Assembly: GCF_963853765.1 (NCBI RefSeq)
Contig: NC_088858.1
Location: forward strand, 12,338,001-12,402,000
Origin: Magallana gigas
Lineage: Eukaryota
Direction: 5' to 3'
Length of the DNA: 64,000 nucleotides
In this document: positions 1 to 13,900 of the stretch, in pieces
Layout of the letters: every line of letters begins with the position of its first letter
How positions within the stretch are numbered: the stretch's first letter is position 1
The notes under the pieces: model-generated
What the model saw: only the letters and a program-made list of their open reading frames with translations
The model's database searches: none
Told to the model about the DNA's origin: nothing
Translations under genes and position numbers: made by a program

Positions 1-131
1 GGATCTGTTTTATATAATATTGTGAACAACTATATCTCTTATTGTTTGAAATCAGAAGTTTAATCAGTTTATGAGCGAATAGAAAATTACAAAGATATAT
101 GAATATATTGCTTGACATACAAAAGACTTAC

Positions 132-1382
132 TCTTTTTGCACGATGGTACACGGTATCTCCAATACAATATTTTACCCCTCTTTGCGCATAAATCGGCGA
201 AACCCTCCAGATGCCTGCAGAGAGTTGCCTCAGAGTCTATGGGCGTAGAACAATAATCCTTCCTACAAGCTTCATACGCTCTGTCTGCAAGTTCAGGGAA
301 CGCCTCCATACATGTCTTGAAAGGTGAATATCTGTACTTTTTATTCAATAAACCACATTTTCTAAAGGAGTACGAGTTCTGTAGGTTCCAGCATGAACTC
401 GGAGATTCCAGAGATTCACATCTGCAACGAAATCATTTGCAAAATCCTTTAATAGTTTCCCCCAAAACATAATGGAAGTTATCTAACTTTTTTCAATATG
501 AAAGGAAGTATATGTATAGGCGCATGTATTAAATGATAAGAAAATGTATAACTTACGTTTGGTTATTGTTAGATTCAACAACAAGATGACTCTTTCCTAC
601 AAACGCCCCAGCCTTCTTTCCGTAGTTGGATACATCTTTACCTTCGCTGGTTTTCAGGTCATCTCTCTTAGCGTTGCAATTACCACATATACCAGTCAAG
701 GAGCTTCCAAAGTCCAGAGGAACGGAGAGAGTCGCCAATCCTCTCCCATTCCAGAACAACCTAATGCTACATTGGTTGAAGAGCACCATCACGCCAAGAC
801 CGCTGTAGTGGATTATGATGGAGGTGGATGTATAGGGGAGGTAGACCTGTAGGTCATCAATCTGTAAACGTAGTTTGGACAGACTGTTATTGTTTGGAAG
901 TCGGTATCATTCCGTATCGTGTTATTAGTAAATAGTTACGTGCATATGATATTTATTAATTCATTTTTTATCAAGATACTTACATGTATGTACACGTCAA
1001 GGAGAATAAAATAGAAGTAAAATCAGAAGACTGATAATCCTGATAGTATTTCGTTAATGTATACTGACGTGCAAATATTCTGGGTAGTTTTATTTTTCGT
1101 TCTACATACATATATTTTTTAATAAACTACCCCATACCATTACTTCCAAATTTCGCCCCAAGTGTATCTTTTTGCCAAAAGCTGTTATTTCCATGAACTC
1201 TAACGCTGAGCCTCTTTTAGGCGAGTCTGTCCTCTTGTACTTTATTTCCGCGTTGTACTGACAATCTGACTTCGGGTTGATGTGTCGTGACAAGGTATAT
1301 TTACAAGTTCCGGCAAATCTCAAAAAGTTACCGTCATACAAGTTGTACCAATTGTGACTTGTGATAGAACAGGTACAGAGTT
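132..1382 (-). CDS. Distal diverged VWD + C8 module (3 exons: 1138-1382, 557-861, 132-421)
   Basis: KLCTCSITSHNWYNLYDG...GTCKYTL...LGRNLEVM | IDDLQVYLP...LTGICGNCNAKRDD... | CESLESPSSC...PFKTC...EAC..DYC...LC..LEGFADLC....YWR...SCK. Phases 1/0/2/1. The 290-bp C8 exon is the same size as the C8 exon at 20592-20881. Confidence 0.88.
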
Positions 1383-4300
1383 CTGAAAACAAAATTACCA
1401 AGTGTGTTCTGAGAGATAATGTTTAAAGCATATTCTTGCAAGTGTGTATTGTTTTTACTATCGTGATCATAGCTAAATTGAACGGCATACGTCTTGGATA
1501 CCGAGTCCATCATTCTGACATACATGCATTGACGTACTTTTACAAACGATGCCGTCTCCTTCAAACCCGCCGTCACACTTGCACTTTCCACGGTAACAAC
1601 TGGCATTGTCACCACATCGAAGCCGTTTCCACCCACAGAGTACTGAAGTTGTATTATACAGAATTTGTTAAAGAAATAATATTTTCTAATTAAAAACTTA
1701 AAGTACATATGATAAAGTTCACGGCTGGATACTAGTATTTTTAAAAATTTATTTATTATATTTTATTATTATTAATATTATTTTATTATTTTGGATACTA
1801 TTATTAATGAGAATACATGATAACTTGTGTCATAGAAATGTTAAAAACTTAATATAACTCTGTACCAGGTGAAGAATTATGTTCGGAATGTCATTCAAAA
1901 TCATTACATACATTTACAAGTTTCTCCTGATTCGTATGTTCCCATACTGCAAACACATTTATTGTTTTTACATCTGGCATACATATGACATTTCTTTCCA
2001 CCACATGTATCTGCAATAAAATTATTTCTATGTATTTATCTAAGATTAACGAGGTCAAGGCTTATGATGATTTCATATTTAGCGATAATAATTGGCGATT
2101 ATGAGTATTGTATTATTATAATTTTATTACCGGTACAGGTAATGCCATCTCCGTAGAATCCACTTATACATTTACATTTCTTTTTTCTACCGTAATTCGT
2201 GCATCTTGCATTCTTTCCGCACACCTTTCCGCCACAACTCTCTGACAATTGAAAAACAATACATTAAATAAGACAAGAGTAGAAATCTTACTCAAATGGT
2301 TTATTGCAACATTTTTAATATACGAAAGCTGAGATTAATGTTTAAAACAACAAAAATGACGATTACAAATAGCAAGATTTTCATTGTATAAAGTTTAATT
2401 TGTAAAAAGATATTTAGTACCCTGACACTTCGTGACGCCGTTTCCGATGTAGCCACTCTTACACTGACATTTGTTATTTCGACATATCGCATTTCGCGCG
2501 CATTTGGATACGTCACATTTCACTGAAATAAATTTTAAAAAATGATAATTCCAAATTCATTCAATGGGAAGGCAATACAATATGATAAAACCCCTATAAA
2601 TATCTCTTCAATTTGTTCAAATCTTACGTAAGTTTGTTTTTGAAATACATATGAATATGTAGTTACCAGTCATTTTTAAGATAATGCGAATTTATCGATA
2701 AAACTTGAGATAAGTAAAAAAAATTAACGTTCAGAATACAAGTAAACCAAAATAAAGAATCTTGCTTTACAATCTTAAAGGTGTCCATACCTTCACATCT
2801 TTCACCAATCATGACGTATCCTCTATTACATGCGCAGTTATTATTGACACACGATGCAAATCGTGGGCAGTTGAAGGAGTGACATTTTTCTGAAATAAAA
2901 ATTATGAAAGCTTTATCCATTTTTAAAATAAAATTTACGCCAAAGTTATAAGTTATCTCTGTTCTGTTTTTCTTGTTTAAACAAAGACCTGACTAATAAA
3001 TACAAAAATATATATCTCTCACTTTCACAACTGCCATCTATTTCAACAAAGCCAATTTTACAGGTACATTTGTTATGACGACATACGGCGTTGGCTTGGC
3101 ATTCACTGTCCACACATTTCACTGGAAAGACATATTTTTTTAATGTCCTTATTCAATCTATTTATGTTATAACTTAGCAATTTAAAAAAGCACATTTAAA
3201 AAGAAAAGTTTACCTTCACAAATGCCATTTACGTCTACAAATCCTTCCATGCATTTGCATTTGTTATCAACACAAGCAGAATGTAAGGGACATTCGCTAT
3301 CTGTACATTTAACTAAGAGAAAAAAAGTAAAAATTATAAAATATTATATCACTCATTTGAAAACTTTTATGTTCAAGTATAAGCTTCCAAAAAGGGACAA
3401 CCTTATTTTTGAATATGAGAACAAACTGACCAGGCTGCACAAAACACTATGCCTCATCTGGTTTATTTAAATACTACATAGGTATAAGATTGACCATTCA
3501 GTTTTTACTAACACTTACTCTATGAGCGAAGCATTTCACACTACAAAAATGGACAATGACGCCTTTCACAACATGAATGTACGTGTAAATTTATCGAAAA
3601 TTTAATATATGATCATGATACATGCTCATCTTGATTATTTTATATAGAATTAATCACAAACGTCCAAACACAATAGAAAAACTAACGGCATTTAAGGAAT
3701 TACTAACTATTGTTAACATTTAACATTTTACCTTCACAAATGCCTTCGTTTTCTATGTACCCATTTGCACAAACACATTTATTTCCCTTACAAAGAGCAT
3801 TTGATTGGCATTTTCTATCCTCACATTTAACTGAAAAAAAAACCCAAAGAATACTGACATTACGGTATTTATTTGAATAAATATACGTATCAAAACGGTG
3901 GAAATTATATTTACGTGAATGATTCAGGACTAAAACGTATATGTATGAGATTAAGTCCTACCTTCGCATACTCCAGAAACGTTCACAAATCCAGACATAC
4001 ACGTACATTTGTTGTTGACACAATGTGCATTCGATGAACAGTTGCCGTCGTTACATTTTACTAAAACAAGTAAAATCTTATGGTTATACTCTTTTACAAT
4101 TAGCAAATCAATGTAAAAAATAAAAGAAACACGACTTATTTTGAAACTGACGAGCAGTTAACAAAATTTCAAAATATCATATGTAATAATTTTTAATTAA
4201 AATACTGTTTGCAATAGAAGTCTTTATTAACACCTCTTGTGTCTCAAAATGTTCAAATTTCATATTTCAATTAATTTTCTAAAATTTTGGCAAGAAAAAA

Positions 4301-4879
4301 ACCTATTGTTTTCGTATTTCTAAATGATCAAAATGTATGATATGCGATTATAGATATTAACGATTTTGTACACGATTTGCATCACGATTTTTCCTACCTT
4401 CACAAAATCCAGATAAGTCCACAAATCCAAATTTACAAGCACATTTATTGCTGACACATCTAGCATTTGTCTGACAATTTCTATCAAGACATTTCACTGA
4501 AAAAATCATATCTCATGGAATTTAAGAAATAAATAGTACGTGTTCATTTGCGGTTTTTTTTTTTTTTTTACAGGAAAACAAATCATTTAACAAAGAAATA
4601 TCACTGATCAAGAAATGAATAGTTTTTCTTGGACGTATCGGAAACATAAAAAAAATTATCAAGCTATTTTCCACTTGTGTATAACTTATAAAGATTTGGT
4701 AACTGATTAAATGAATATCGTACCTATGCAGGTCCCGGAAACGTTCACAAAGCCTGTCTTACATGTGCATTTATTTTCAACGCAGTGAGAATTCAAGGGA
4801 CAGTCTTTACATTTTTCTAAAATATTGGCCAAGTGAAAAAAAAATATTCAAAAGTACAATAAAAATTGATCAACAAAAA

Positions 4880-4919
<40 letters not shown>

Positions 4920-7900
4920 AAATTTTTCCATTTTCCTATTTGTAGCTGAGATCGCATCAGTATCAAACTTAAACAGTAAGATAAAGCCTTAATAATCATT
5001 CAATAAGTACGCAATTACCTTTTTAATACTTTTATAAAAAAATTCTCACCTTTACATTCACCAGAAATGTTGACAAAGCCTGGATTGCAAGTACATACAT
5101 TTTCTAAACAACTAGCAAATGTTGGGCATTTGCTATTGATGCATTTGCCTGAAACAATTTTTCATTTCACTTTATTGCAACAACAGGCAAAATAGTATCT
5201 TAGTTTAATTCATTGATGAAATATTGACATATCTTAAACATTTGTCACAATTTTTTTAAATATCAGAATTTTTTAGCAAACAGGTTTTAATACAGTCCGT
5301 TATTAAGAGGCATTGTTTTCTATTAAAAAATCTTAAAATGATACAAAACGTTTCATATTTTTTTTATTTACAGGACAGCGTAATGTACTAATTCTTTTGG
5401 TTAGAAATACAGCGAAACTTCTCAATACCGGCACCCCTTAAAACAAGCACCCCCTCAATATCGACCCATTTAAAAAGTCCCGGCTAGCTCCCTCTTTATA
5501 TAAATCCTTAGAAAACCGCCCCCCCCCCACTGAAAACCGGACACCGGCCGATCTTAAATAAACATGTGAAATGTACCTTCACAAAACGGACATATAGCCA
5601 GAAGGACAGAGACACCCCAAAAATTGAAGGAAGGTGTGAAAACAGGGTACACCTACTCGACACTGATGTTAATCACCATGATTACGAGTGTTTGTTTATG
5701 GCTTTATAACGGGTGGGTAATTAATCTTCGTTGTTGTGTTGTAATGATGAATGATCAAGAGTTTGTGTGTGTGTGTGTGTGTGTGTTTGTGTATTCTTGT
5801 GTTAATTTTTACTTCATTAATTCATATTTATTAATTGTATTTTATTTTAATCAGATTAAGCAAACGTCAAGTGTAAAATACATTAGCATTTTTATTATAA
5901 TGATTACCTTTTAACACTTGATGTTGTTTTAAAAAATTTTGCTTTAATATGTAAGCTGTAAAATATTTTCTACTTTGAAAAATAGCAATACATTTAATTT
6001 ACATCTTAAAACGAAGGCAATCTTACTCTAATTTTGTAAAAAAAAACAATTTATTTATAAACAGACTCAGAAAGATTTACCTTCGATTGTTGATGTCTCA
6101 TCTCTTTCATGGGTTGTGGTTTTATCGTACAGTGTTGTTGTTGCTGTCAATAAAAATCAAAGTACTGAAGTACTGACTGGAGTTGATTTTATCGATTATT
6201 TTTTATTTTAGAATCAACAATACGTTATTTTGCCTGGCAAGTGGTTTCTTATACATGTTTATATGTATTTGAATTACGCACATTTTTTATAATATGAATA
6301 CTCGGACTTTTCCGAAAAGAATTTCGATAAAACCCATATGAATCATGCCGTGTAATATTCAAAGATACTATTAATTCCATCAAGGTACGTATCAATAATC
6401 GAAATATTTCTGAAAAATTGTATGGATCCAAGCAATATTGGACTCTAGTTTCGTTCAACCAGACGCTCGGCTGTCTCCGTTAATCTCCGACAAGCAAGAG
6501 AGATTCTCTGCTTGTCGAAAATTTACGGAAACCACCGATCGTCTGGTTGAACGAGACTATAGTAATCTCTAGCGTAGGAATACATACCACTACAAAAAAT
6601 ATCTAAATTGTTCCTACCATTCAAAATCTGACTATTTTCATGGTATTTATAAATAAGTTTCCTTGAAATACAGTGCTTTAGAATTCATTACAGCGAATTT
6701 ATCAATTATTTTCGAGAACTAAGTCTTGTCAGCGGTGATGATTTGTGCATAGGTCCAAACATTGTTTCACTTTCGGTTTGCCAGAGTAACTACATAGGAG
6801 ATTGCAAAAATTGCAAGCTATTCCAAGTTTTCTTTAACAGTTCTTTAAAGTAACATTTCTGAGCTTTATCTTTATAAACTGAGTTTATATACCGAGTTTT
6901 CCGTAATAATGAGAAGAAAAAAAATATTTTTTTAATATTTTTATTTATATTGATAGTAATATATAATATGATATCATAAAAATTTTCACACACGAAATGT
7001 ATTGCTAGAATGTCAAAAATTAAAAAAAGAATATTAGAATATATCGGTCTCGTTAGCTGAAAAGTTTTTCCTCCAAAGACTTGGTTTCATTAAATGAATG
7101 AATAGTATAACAATATTAACCATTTGGTAGTGTCCATTAGGTGTCCAACAGAGGACTGGGAACGATAGTATTGTCTAGCCGCCTACCTAAAAGTCATTTT
7201 TTGAAAATTGTCTAATTAAAGTAATTTTCTCATAATAATGTAAACGTTTATGCATATTTTCATTTAATATGAATGATTTGGTCAAACAAAGGGTTAAAAT
7301 AGCTTATTTCATAAAAGAAAAAAACGGAACACGGAAATGTTTTTTAAAACGTCTTTCCCCTCGTGAAACAAAAATTCCTTTTGAGCGGTTTTATATATTG
7401 TTATTTAGCATATCTACACCAAAGGATTTGTTGTTTCATGGGGGTGGGGGGGGGGGGGCATATGTCTACAGACCGAAAGAATCCCCCCCCCAAAAAAAAA
7501 TTGATTTGTACATTTTCGAAAAATAATTAACAGATATAAATTAACATAACATTTTACTATATTATCTAACTTAAACATATGATTATAAAGTTTTTATGCA
7601 AATATCGGCCGCTATTTAATATTTTCCTCACTTACAGAGACCGATTTCAATGAATTTTTTTTGTTCCCCCGTAACCACAACTTTTGACTACAAATTTGAT
7701 TTTGATACAAATTAATTAGGATTTGTTAAGTTTTGATCATTATTTTTAGTAGATAAATTTGTTTTTGAATATCTGACAGAGATTCCGAAATATTTGGATG
7801 TAAAATGTAGGCGGGAAACGGGCGTTAGCGTTCGCAGTTCTTAACCATCAGATTTGCCTTCAACTTTGGCATATGATGATTTTAGCCATTAATTTCAATA

Positions 7901-10900
7901 AATATTTAGTAGAAACATTTAGTAAAGAAAACTCCAAATACTTTAACTTTAAAATCTAAGCATTTTCCTATATTCTTATACAGAATTCTTCATACTGAGT
8001 TAAATATCCCTCTTAAAAATTGAATTAACCTTTCTGCATAGACAAACTTGATGTGTTCGTATGAAATGAATACCTCAACAGTAAGTAAGCTAAAACATTA
8101 CATTCCCATGCTATTCATAAGAAAAAACATGTACTTGTACATTTTCCTAGAAAGGTGATAACTTTATCAATACATTTCACTAGTTTTTCACTTCATATAC
8201 ATGTATTTTCTAACCATAGTTCATTGATTACCTTCCGTTGATGTTTTGGTTTCCGATGCAATGGGCAACGTTGTAACTAAAGCATAAATAAAAAACTTTG
8301 AAGAACTCCCTAAATAAATTTTTATTCATTCATTTATAATCAATTCAATAACTTTTTTTATATAATAATATATATTAAAATTGTTTGCACATTGTTTTTT
8401 TAGCAATAGTTTTTCTAAATAAATTTAATTTGCGCTACATTCTGTCGATGCACATGTACACCTTAAGGGTGATAACATCTCGTTCTAATTTTTGGGACAG
8501 ATATAAACCAAATGAAACTACATGTATGATTAAAATTCGGCGTTCGATTCGCGATTTTTTATACTCGTTATTTGATACAAAACGGTTGATTCGCGGAATT
8601 AAGTACTCGCACACTGGAAGGAATCTACAGCTTTCATGTATTTAGCTTATTGTTAAAGGATTTTGCAAAGAAAGTTTCAATTTCAACGGTTTTAAAAAAC
8701 AAACGCAATTTTACTTAAGCTAATTGAATTACTAAAATCATGTTTCGTTTTACCTTTCATGGTAAAAGTCATCATTCTTTCAGGAGTTGTGACTTGTTCG
8801 GGTCCTTTTGTTGTCACTGTCCAAGAAATAGTTTGAATTTTATAAAATGAAAAATCAAAGGATTTCAGTATTGTTTTGCCTATATGTTGCAGTATGATTC
8901 ACGAAACTACATACACGTACCTTGTGGTGGAGCATATCCTTGGGTCTGGATTTCCGGTAAACTAGGAAGAGGACTAGCTACTAAAATAAAAATAATGTCA
9001 TAGACTAAAGCAATATTAGTTTTGACACCCTGTGTAAATATCTAATTAGTAGAAAAAAATGTTGTAATATGTTATTTTTCAGTATTTTGAGACAAAACTA
9101 TTCTCTTTAGTCTTTCTTTTTAAATTCTTAGTTACCACATATATTTTTTATAAATCCAATCTTTCACAAACCACATATTGGTAATTGAAGATGGATTCTT
9201 ATCATTTTCTTTTTTCTGCTTGATGATTTTATGATTTAAGAGTAAAATAAAGATCAGTATCAGGCTCAAATGTTATATTCACCATTGATACAAATGTTGA
9301 ATAAGAACATGCGTATATATTTTTATAATTTTTTTCTGTACGAAAGTTGTAAATGTACAATGAGACACAGAAACGAAATTTTACCCTCTATTGTCGATGT
9401 TTCGAGCCTTTCACGTGGTGTGGTTCTCTCGTACTGTTTTGTTGTTACTTTCAAAAACACGTTAATACACATTAAAGGTAGTGCTTATCATTCGGGTATA
9501 GGTTCTATATCGACTTAAAGACGACATGACATACATTCTTAAATTTACTTTACATAAGCTTTATATACATGTTTACATTTGTACATGAATGTGTTGAAGT
9601 TAATGCATAACTATATTCATCATTCAGGTAATTTTTCTCGTAAAAATATCAATTTTATATTGTATTATATCTTTGAAACAACAGACCTAATGGTTTCAAA
9701 AGAAACATGACTTTAAAAAAAACCAATGTTTTGGATCAATCAAATAGAAGTAACATTTGTTAATTAAAATGTGATATCATGGAAGAATTGAAAAAAAATC
9801 TGAAGAATTGTTTTGGTGATCAAACAATTCATAATGTGATAGTAGAGTTATGTTACGGTTATGTTATCTGCATAGCTTTTAAAGGTTTGATATCATTCAA
9901 ATACTCAAAACGGAAATTATAAACCACATGATGCGGTCCATTGCATATTGAACTGGGCATTTCACACAGAAAGACTAGAAAAAATTTAATGGAAAGTAAG
10001 AATATGCATTTTCACAGGAAGAAATTAATTAAAACCCTGTACGTATTGGTGCTTCCTTTCAAATATTTACTTTCGGTTACTATTGGTTACCTTCCGTTGA
10101 TGTTGTGTGAGTTACTGGTGTACTGGGTAACGTGGTAACTAGAATAAAAACCATAGAGTTCAAAGTAAGACAAAAATTGTTGAAACATTTCATCTTTTTT
10201 TGATTCATCAAATAAGTAAGAAGATAATATTTATGAGAACTTTTTGGAATTTTGGAAAAACGCATATATATATAATGTGGTTTCATCACTATTGGCGAGA
10301 TTAATTTTGCGATAACTTTATGCGATGTTTTGTTTGAAGATCAACATGAGGAATAACAATCTATCGTTTAGACAAAAATATTTGTAACAAAGACAAGCCT
10401 AAAATAGCTTCGTGAATTGAAACAAGAGGCCCATGGGGCCACATCGCTCACCTGAGCAACAATGGGCGTTCAAAAGATATTGTGCCATATGGCCCTCGGT
10501 AGAATAACAATGAAATAAATATTGTAAAGTATTCGAATTTTACACTTATTTTTGCATACACGTAATCTTTGACATTGTACCTTCATGAAATACTGTTTTT
10601 ACACAGAATAAGAAAATCCTACGCAAGATATAGAACTGAATATTTGTTTGGGGTTACACTGTTATATAACTTCTAATTCCCTGTATTTTCGTTCTGCTCC
10701 CCTCCCCCACTTAATAAAGCAATCAAAATATATGAGAGCATGTAGGTACATTTTCTTCCTCAACTACTTACTAGTTATTGTATCTTTTTTTTAAATATAA
10801 TAGTTATTGTATTTTATCAAAAAAATCCTACATGTATATATGTGAAGAAAAAAATTGCACCTCAATGCGCTCAATTTCTCAAATTAAAAATATTCAACAA

Positions 10901-13900
10901 TTTAATTTGTCTTCTCCATTATAATTAAATGACTGTTGTTTACCTCGCGTAAACTCGTGACTTTTATAACTTTACTCACACTTGATTGATGAATACACTG
11001 GAATGAAAAATGTTGTCATGTGACATGTTAAAGAGCTATAAAAATCAATGTTACCGTATTGACAGGCACATCACTCTTATTTACTATGGCTCACCCATTA
11101 TTTTCATTTTTATTCAAAAATAACAAATGGCTACAAACCAGGATAATTTTCTGCTGTAATATTTTCTTGGGAATAGCGATAATTCTTTTATCCCCGCAAC
11201 AGAAATGTGTCAGAACTATGGAAACTGTTTTAACGATGTCGTTTTTACTTACTCACATTTCACATTATTCATTGTACATGTATAAAGAGGGGGCCCCAGA
11301 GAGTAGTTATATACAGCATATCATTCTTTAATTTTTTTTTTATTTTTTTTTATAACTGTTTTTATTACCCCAGAACATGTAGAAGTATTCTTATAGCCGA
11401 GGTTGGGGAGCCTTGGAGTCTATAAGTTAACATTATATATATTGAAAAAATTTTGAAACAGGGTGTTTTTACAAATAACATCATTCATACACCCACTCAT
11501 TCAGTTGCATGTATATGCACATTACTCTGCATCATAATCAAGTACAAAAAATCAGCATTTTACAGTAAACAAAAATAAATTACTTTGTAATATCTAAGAT
11601 CATAGGGGCAAAAGGCTTAAAATCAACAATCATTATTAAAGGACAGCCTCGCCCATCTTACATGAAATTTCTCTAGTTCACAATTTTTCGTGTAAATAAA
11701 TTTTTCACATTTGTAATAATAAAGTATTTCACGTTTGATTCCAGTAAAGGAGGGTAATTCTTTTCTACTCCTTTTTCTATATATATGTCTCTTTACAATA
11801 CATATTATTATATTGAAAATGTTATAATATTTGTAGTATCTACCAAATATAACATCTATTTTGTTCAATGGTATATCTAATTCAAATTCGTCCTTCATCC
11901 AAACTAGTAAATTATCCCAGATTTCACTCACATATTCACATTCCCAAAAAAGATGACAAATCGTTTCTGCATTACATCTACAAAATGTACATAACTCTGA
12001 TTCAACTATTCCTATCTTACATAAATAAGTATTAGTCGCAATAATTCGATGTACAATCCTGTATTGAAACCATCTTAATTGTACGTCGTTAGTTATTTTG
12101 AAAAATAATAAGTTTTGTCTTTTCCACCATATGTTATTTACATTCATGTCTAGTTCCTTTTCCCATTTCAATTCTGATTTTGGTTTTTTCCATTTCTCAT
12201 CAATAAAAATATCATAAAAGTCTCTTGAGCCTTGTTTATTTTTCCTAACTATCCGCAAAAATTCTGGATAATTTCTTAAAATGAAGAATAATTTCTGTAT
12301 CATAGTTTAACCGCAACTTTTTAATACAATCTACAATTCCTAAAAAAATGTGTAAACGGAGGTTTAATGTCATATTGGTTATAGAATTGTTCGTATTTCA
12401 TTATTGTACCATCATTGTTGAAAAAATGTAGTATTTGATGTACACCTTTTAAAAACCATTGCTTATAAAAGACATATTTGTTATTAATACATATAGACTC
12501 ATTAAACCATATCGGGCTTAAAATAGATAATTCACTGTCAGTACATTTTCTAAGTTCAAAAAATGACAAAAAAACATCTTTCCAAAATAGATTTTTACAA
12601 GTTTTTGACAGTTGATATAGTATTTGTCTTCCAACAATTGTCATATTTAAAATATTTGGAAAAGTACTTATTATCAAGTCTTTCCAACTTGACTGACAAG
12701 CATCATTAAAAAATCTGCGTATCCAGGTGATTTTCAAGCTTTTGCAAAAAGAATCAAGACATATCATTCTTAGCCCACCCTTTTCATAACTTTGAATAAT
12801 GCTACTTTTGGCTACTCTTGATGTTTTTGAATTCCATATGTAATTATAAAAAATTGTTTCAATTTCCTTTATATGTTTTCTTGGAGGATTAGGAAGACTT
12901 ATTAAAAGATGCGTAATTTTTGGAAGAATCAAATTTTTAATTACTGTGATACGTCCTGCTGTAGATAGCATTCTTCTAGACCATGCGCTTATTGATAGTT
13001 TCATTTCATTGATTTTTGGTTTAAAGTTTAACTCGTATATATATATGTATTATCTAAGTTTACACAATAAGTAATGCCTAAAACTGTAAATGGTTCCTGA
13101 GACCAGTTAACTTTTTCAAAATCCTTGAAATATTCATTTGATTTGTTTGATAAGGGTCCTATTTTTACACACTTAGTTTTATCATAATTAGGTTTTAGTC
13201 CTGAGTATTTTGCATATTCATTAACTAAAGAAAGTGCTGACTTAATTGAATTTTTCGAACCTTTTAATAATAACACTGTGTCATCTGCGTATTGTAGTAA
13301 TTTATATTCTTTGTTCATTACACTAATCCCTTCAATTAATATGTTGTTTCTTATCATAAGGCCCATTATTTCCGCACAAAGTATAAAAATATATGGTGAT
13401 ATTGGGTCCCCTTGTCTACATCCCCTGCCCATATTAAAAAATTCTGAAAATATACCATTTTGTATCACACAAAGTTTTGCATTATTAAATAAAGTTCTTA
13501 TTGCATTTTGGAAATTCTCACCAAAATTAAAAAATGTTAAAACTTTAGAAATAAATTTCCAAGAGACTGAGTCAAATGCCTTTTCAAAATCAAGTATGAG
13601 AATTAGACCTGGGGTATTAGTTTCATTGCAGTAATGTATAATATCATAAAGTAGTCTGGAATTCTCCCCGATATATCTCCCTGCTAAAAAACCTTTTTGA
13701 TTTTCGTGAATTATGTCAACAAGAATGGGCTTCATACGGCTAGCCAGGACACTTGATAATAACTTATAGGTTACATTAAGAAGTGAAATTGGCCTCCAAT
13801 TTTTAAGATATTCTCTGGGTTTTTGTCCTTTTGGTAGGATTGAAATGATTCCTTGTGTTTGTGAGTGAGAAAGGATACCAGAATCAAGACTACATTTAAA

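Noticed and set aside
5576-5620. Possible 13th EGF exon (ends cttcacaaaa like real exons; CLCPSGY in another frame)
   Set aside because: No suitable acceptor and no 6-Cys pattern in the donor frame. It lies in what looks like a truncated pogo-like repeat starting TA|cagcgaaac near 5410.
6980-8110. Repeat-like DNA with G and C runs in the C'-D' intron
   Set aside because: Probably TE-derived, but I could not identify termini, a TSD or coding remnants.
11623-13004. Separate genes, or programmed ribosomal frameshifting, for the 227- and 226-aa ORFs
   Set aside because: They are collinear parts of LINE ORF2. The breaks lie in slippage-prone tracts, and L1/Tx1 ORF2 is normally a single ORF.
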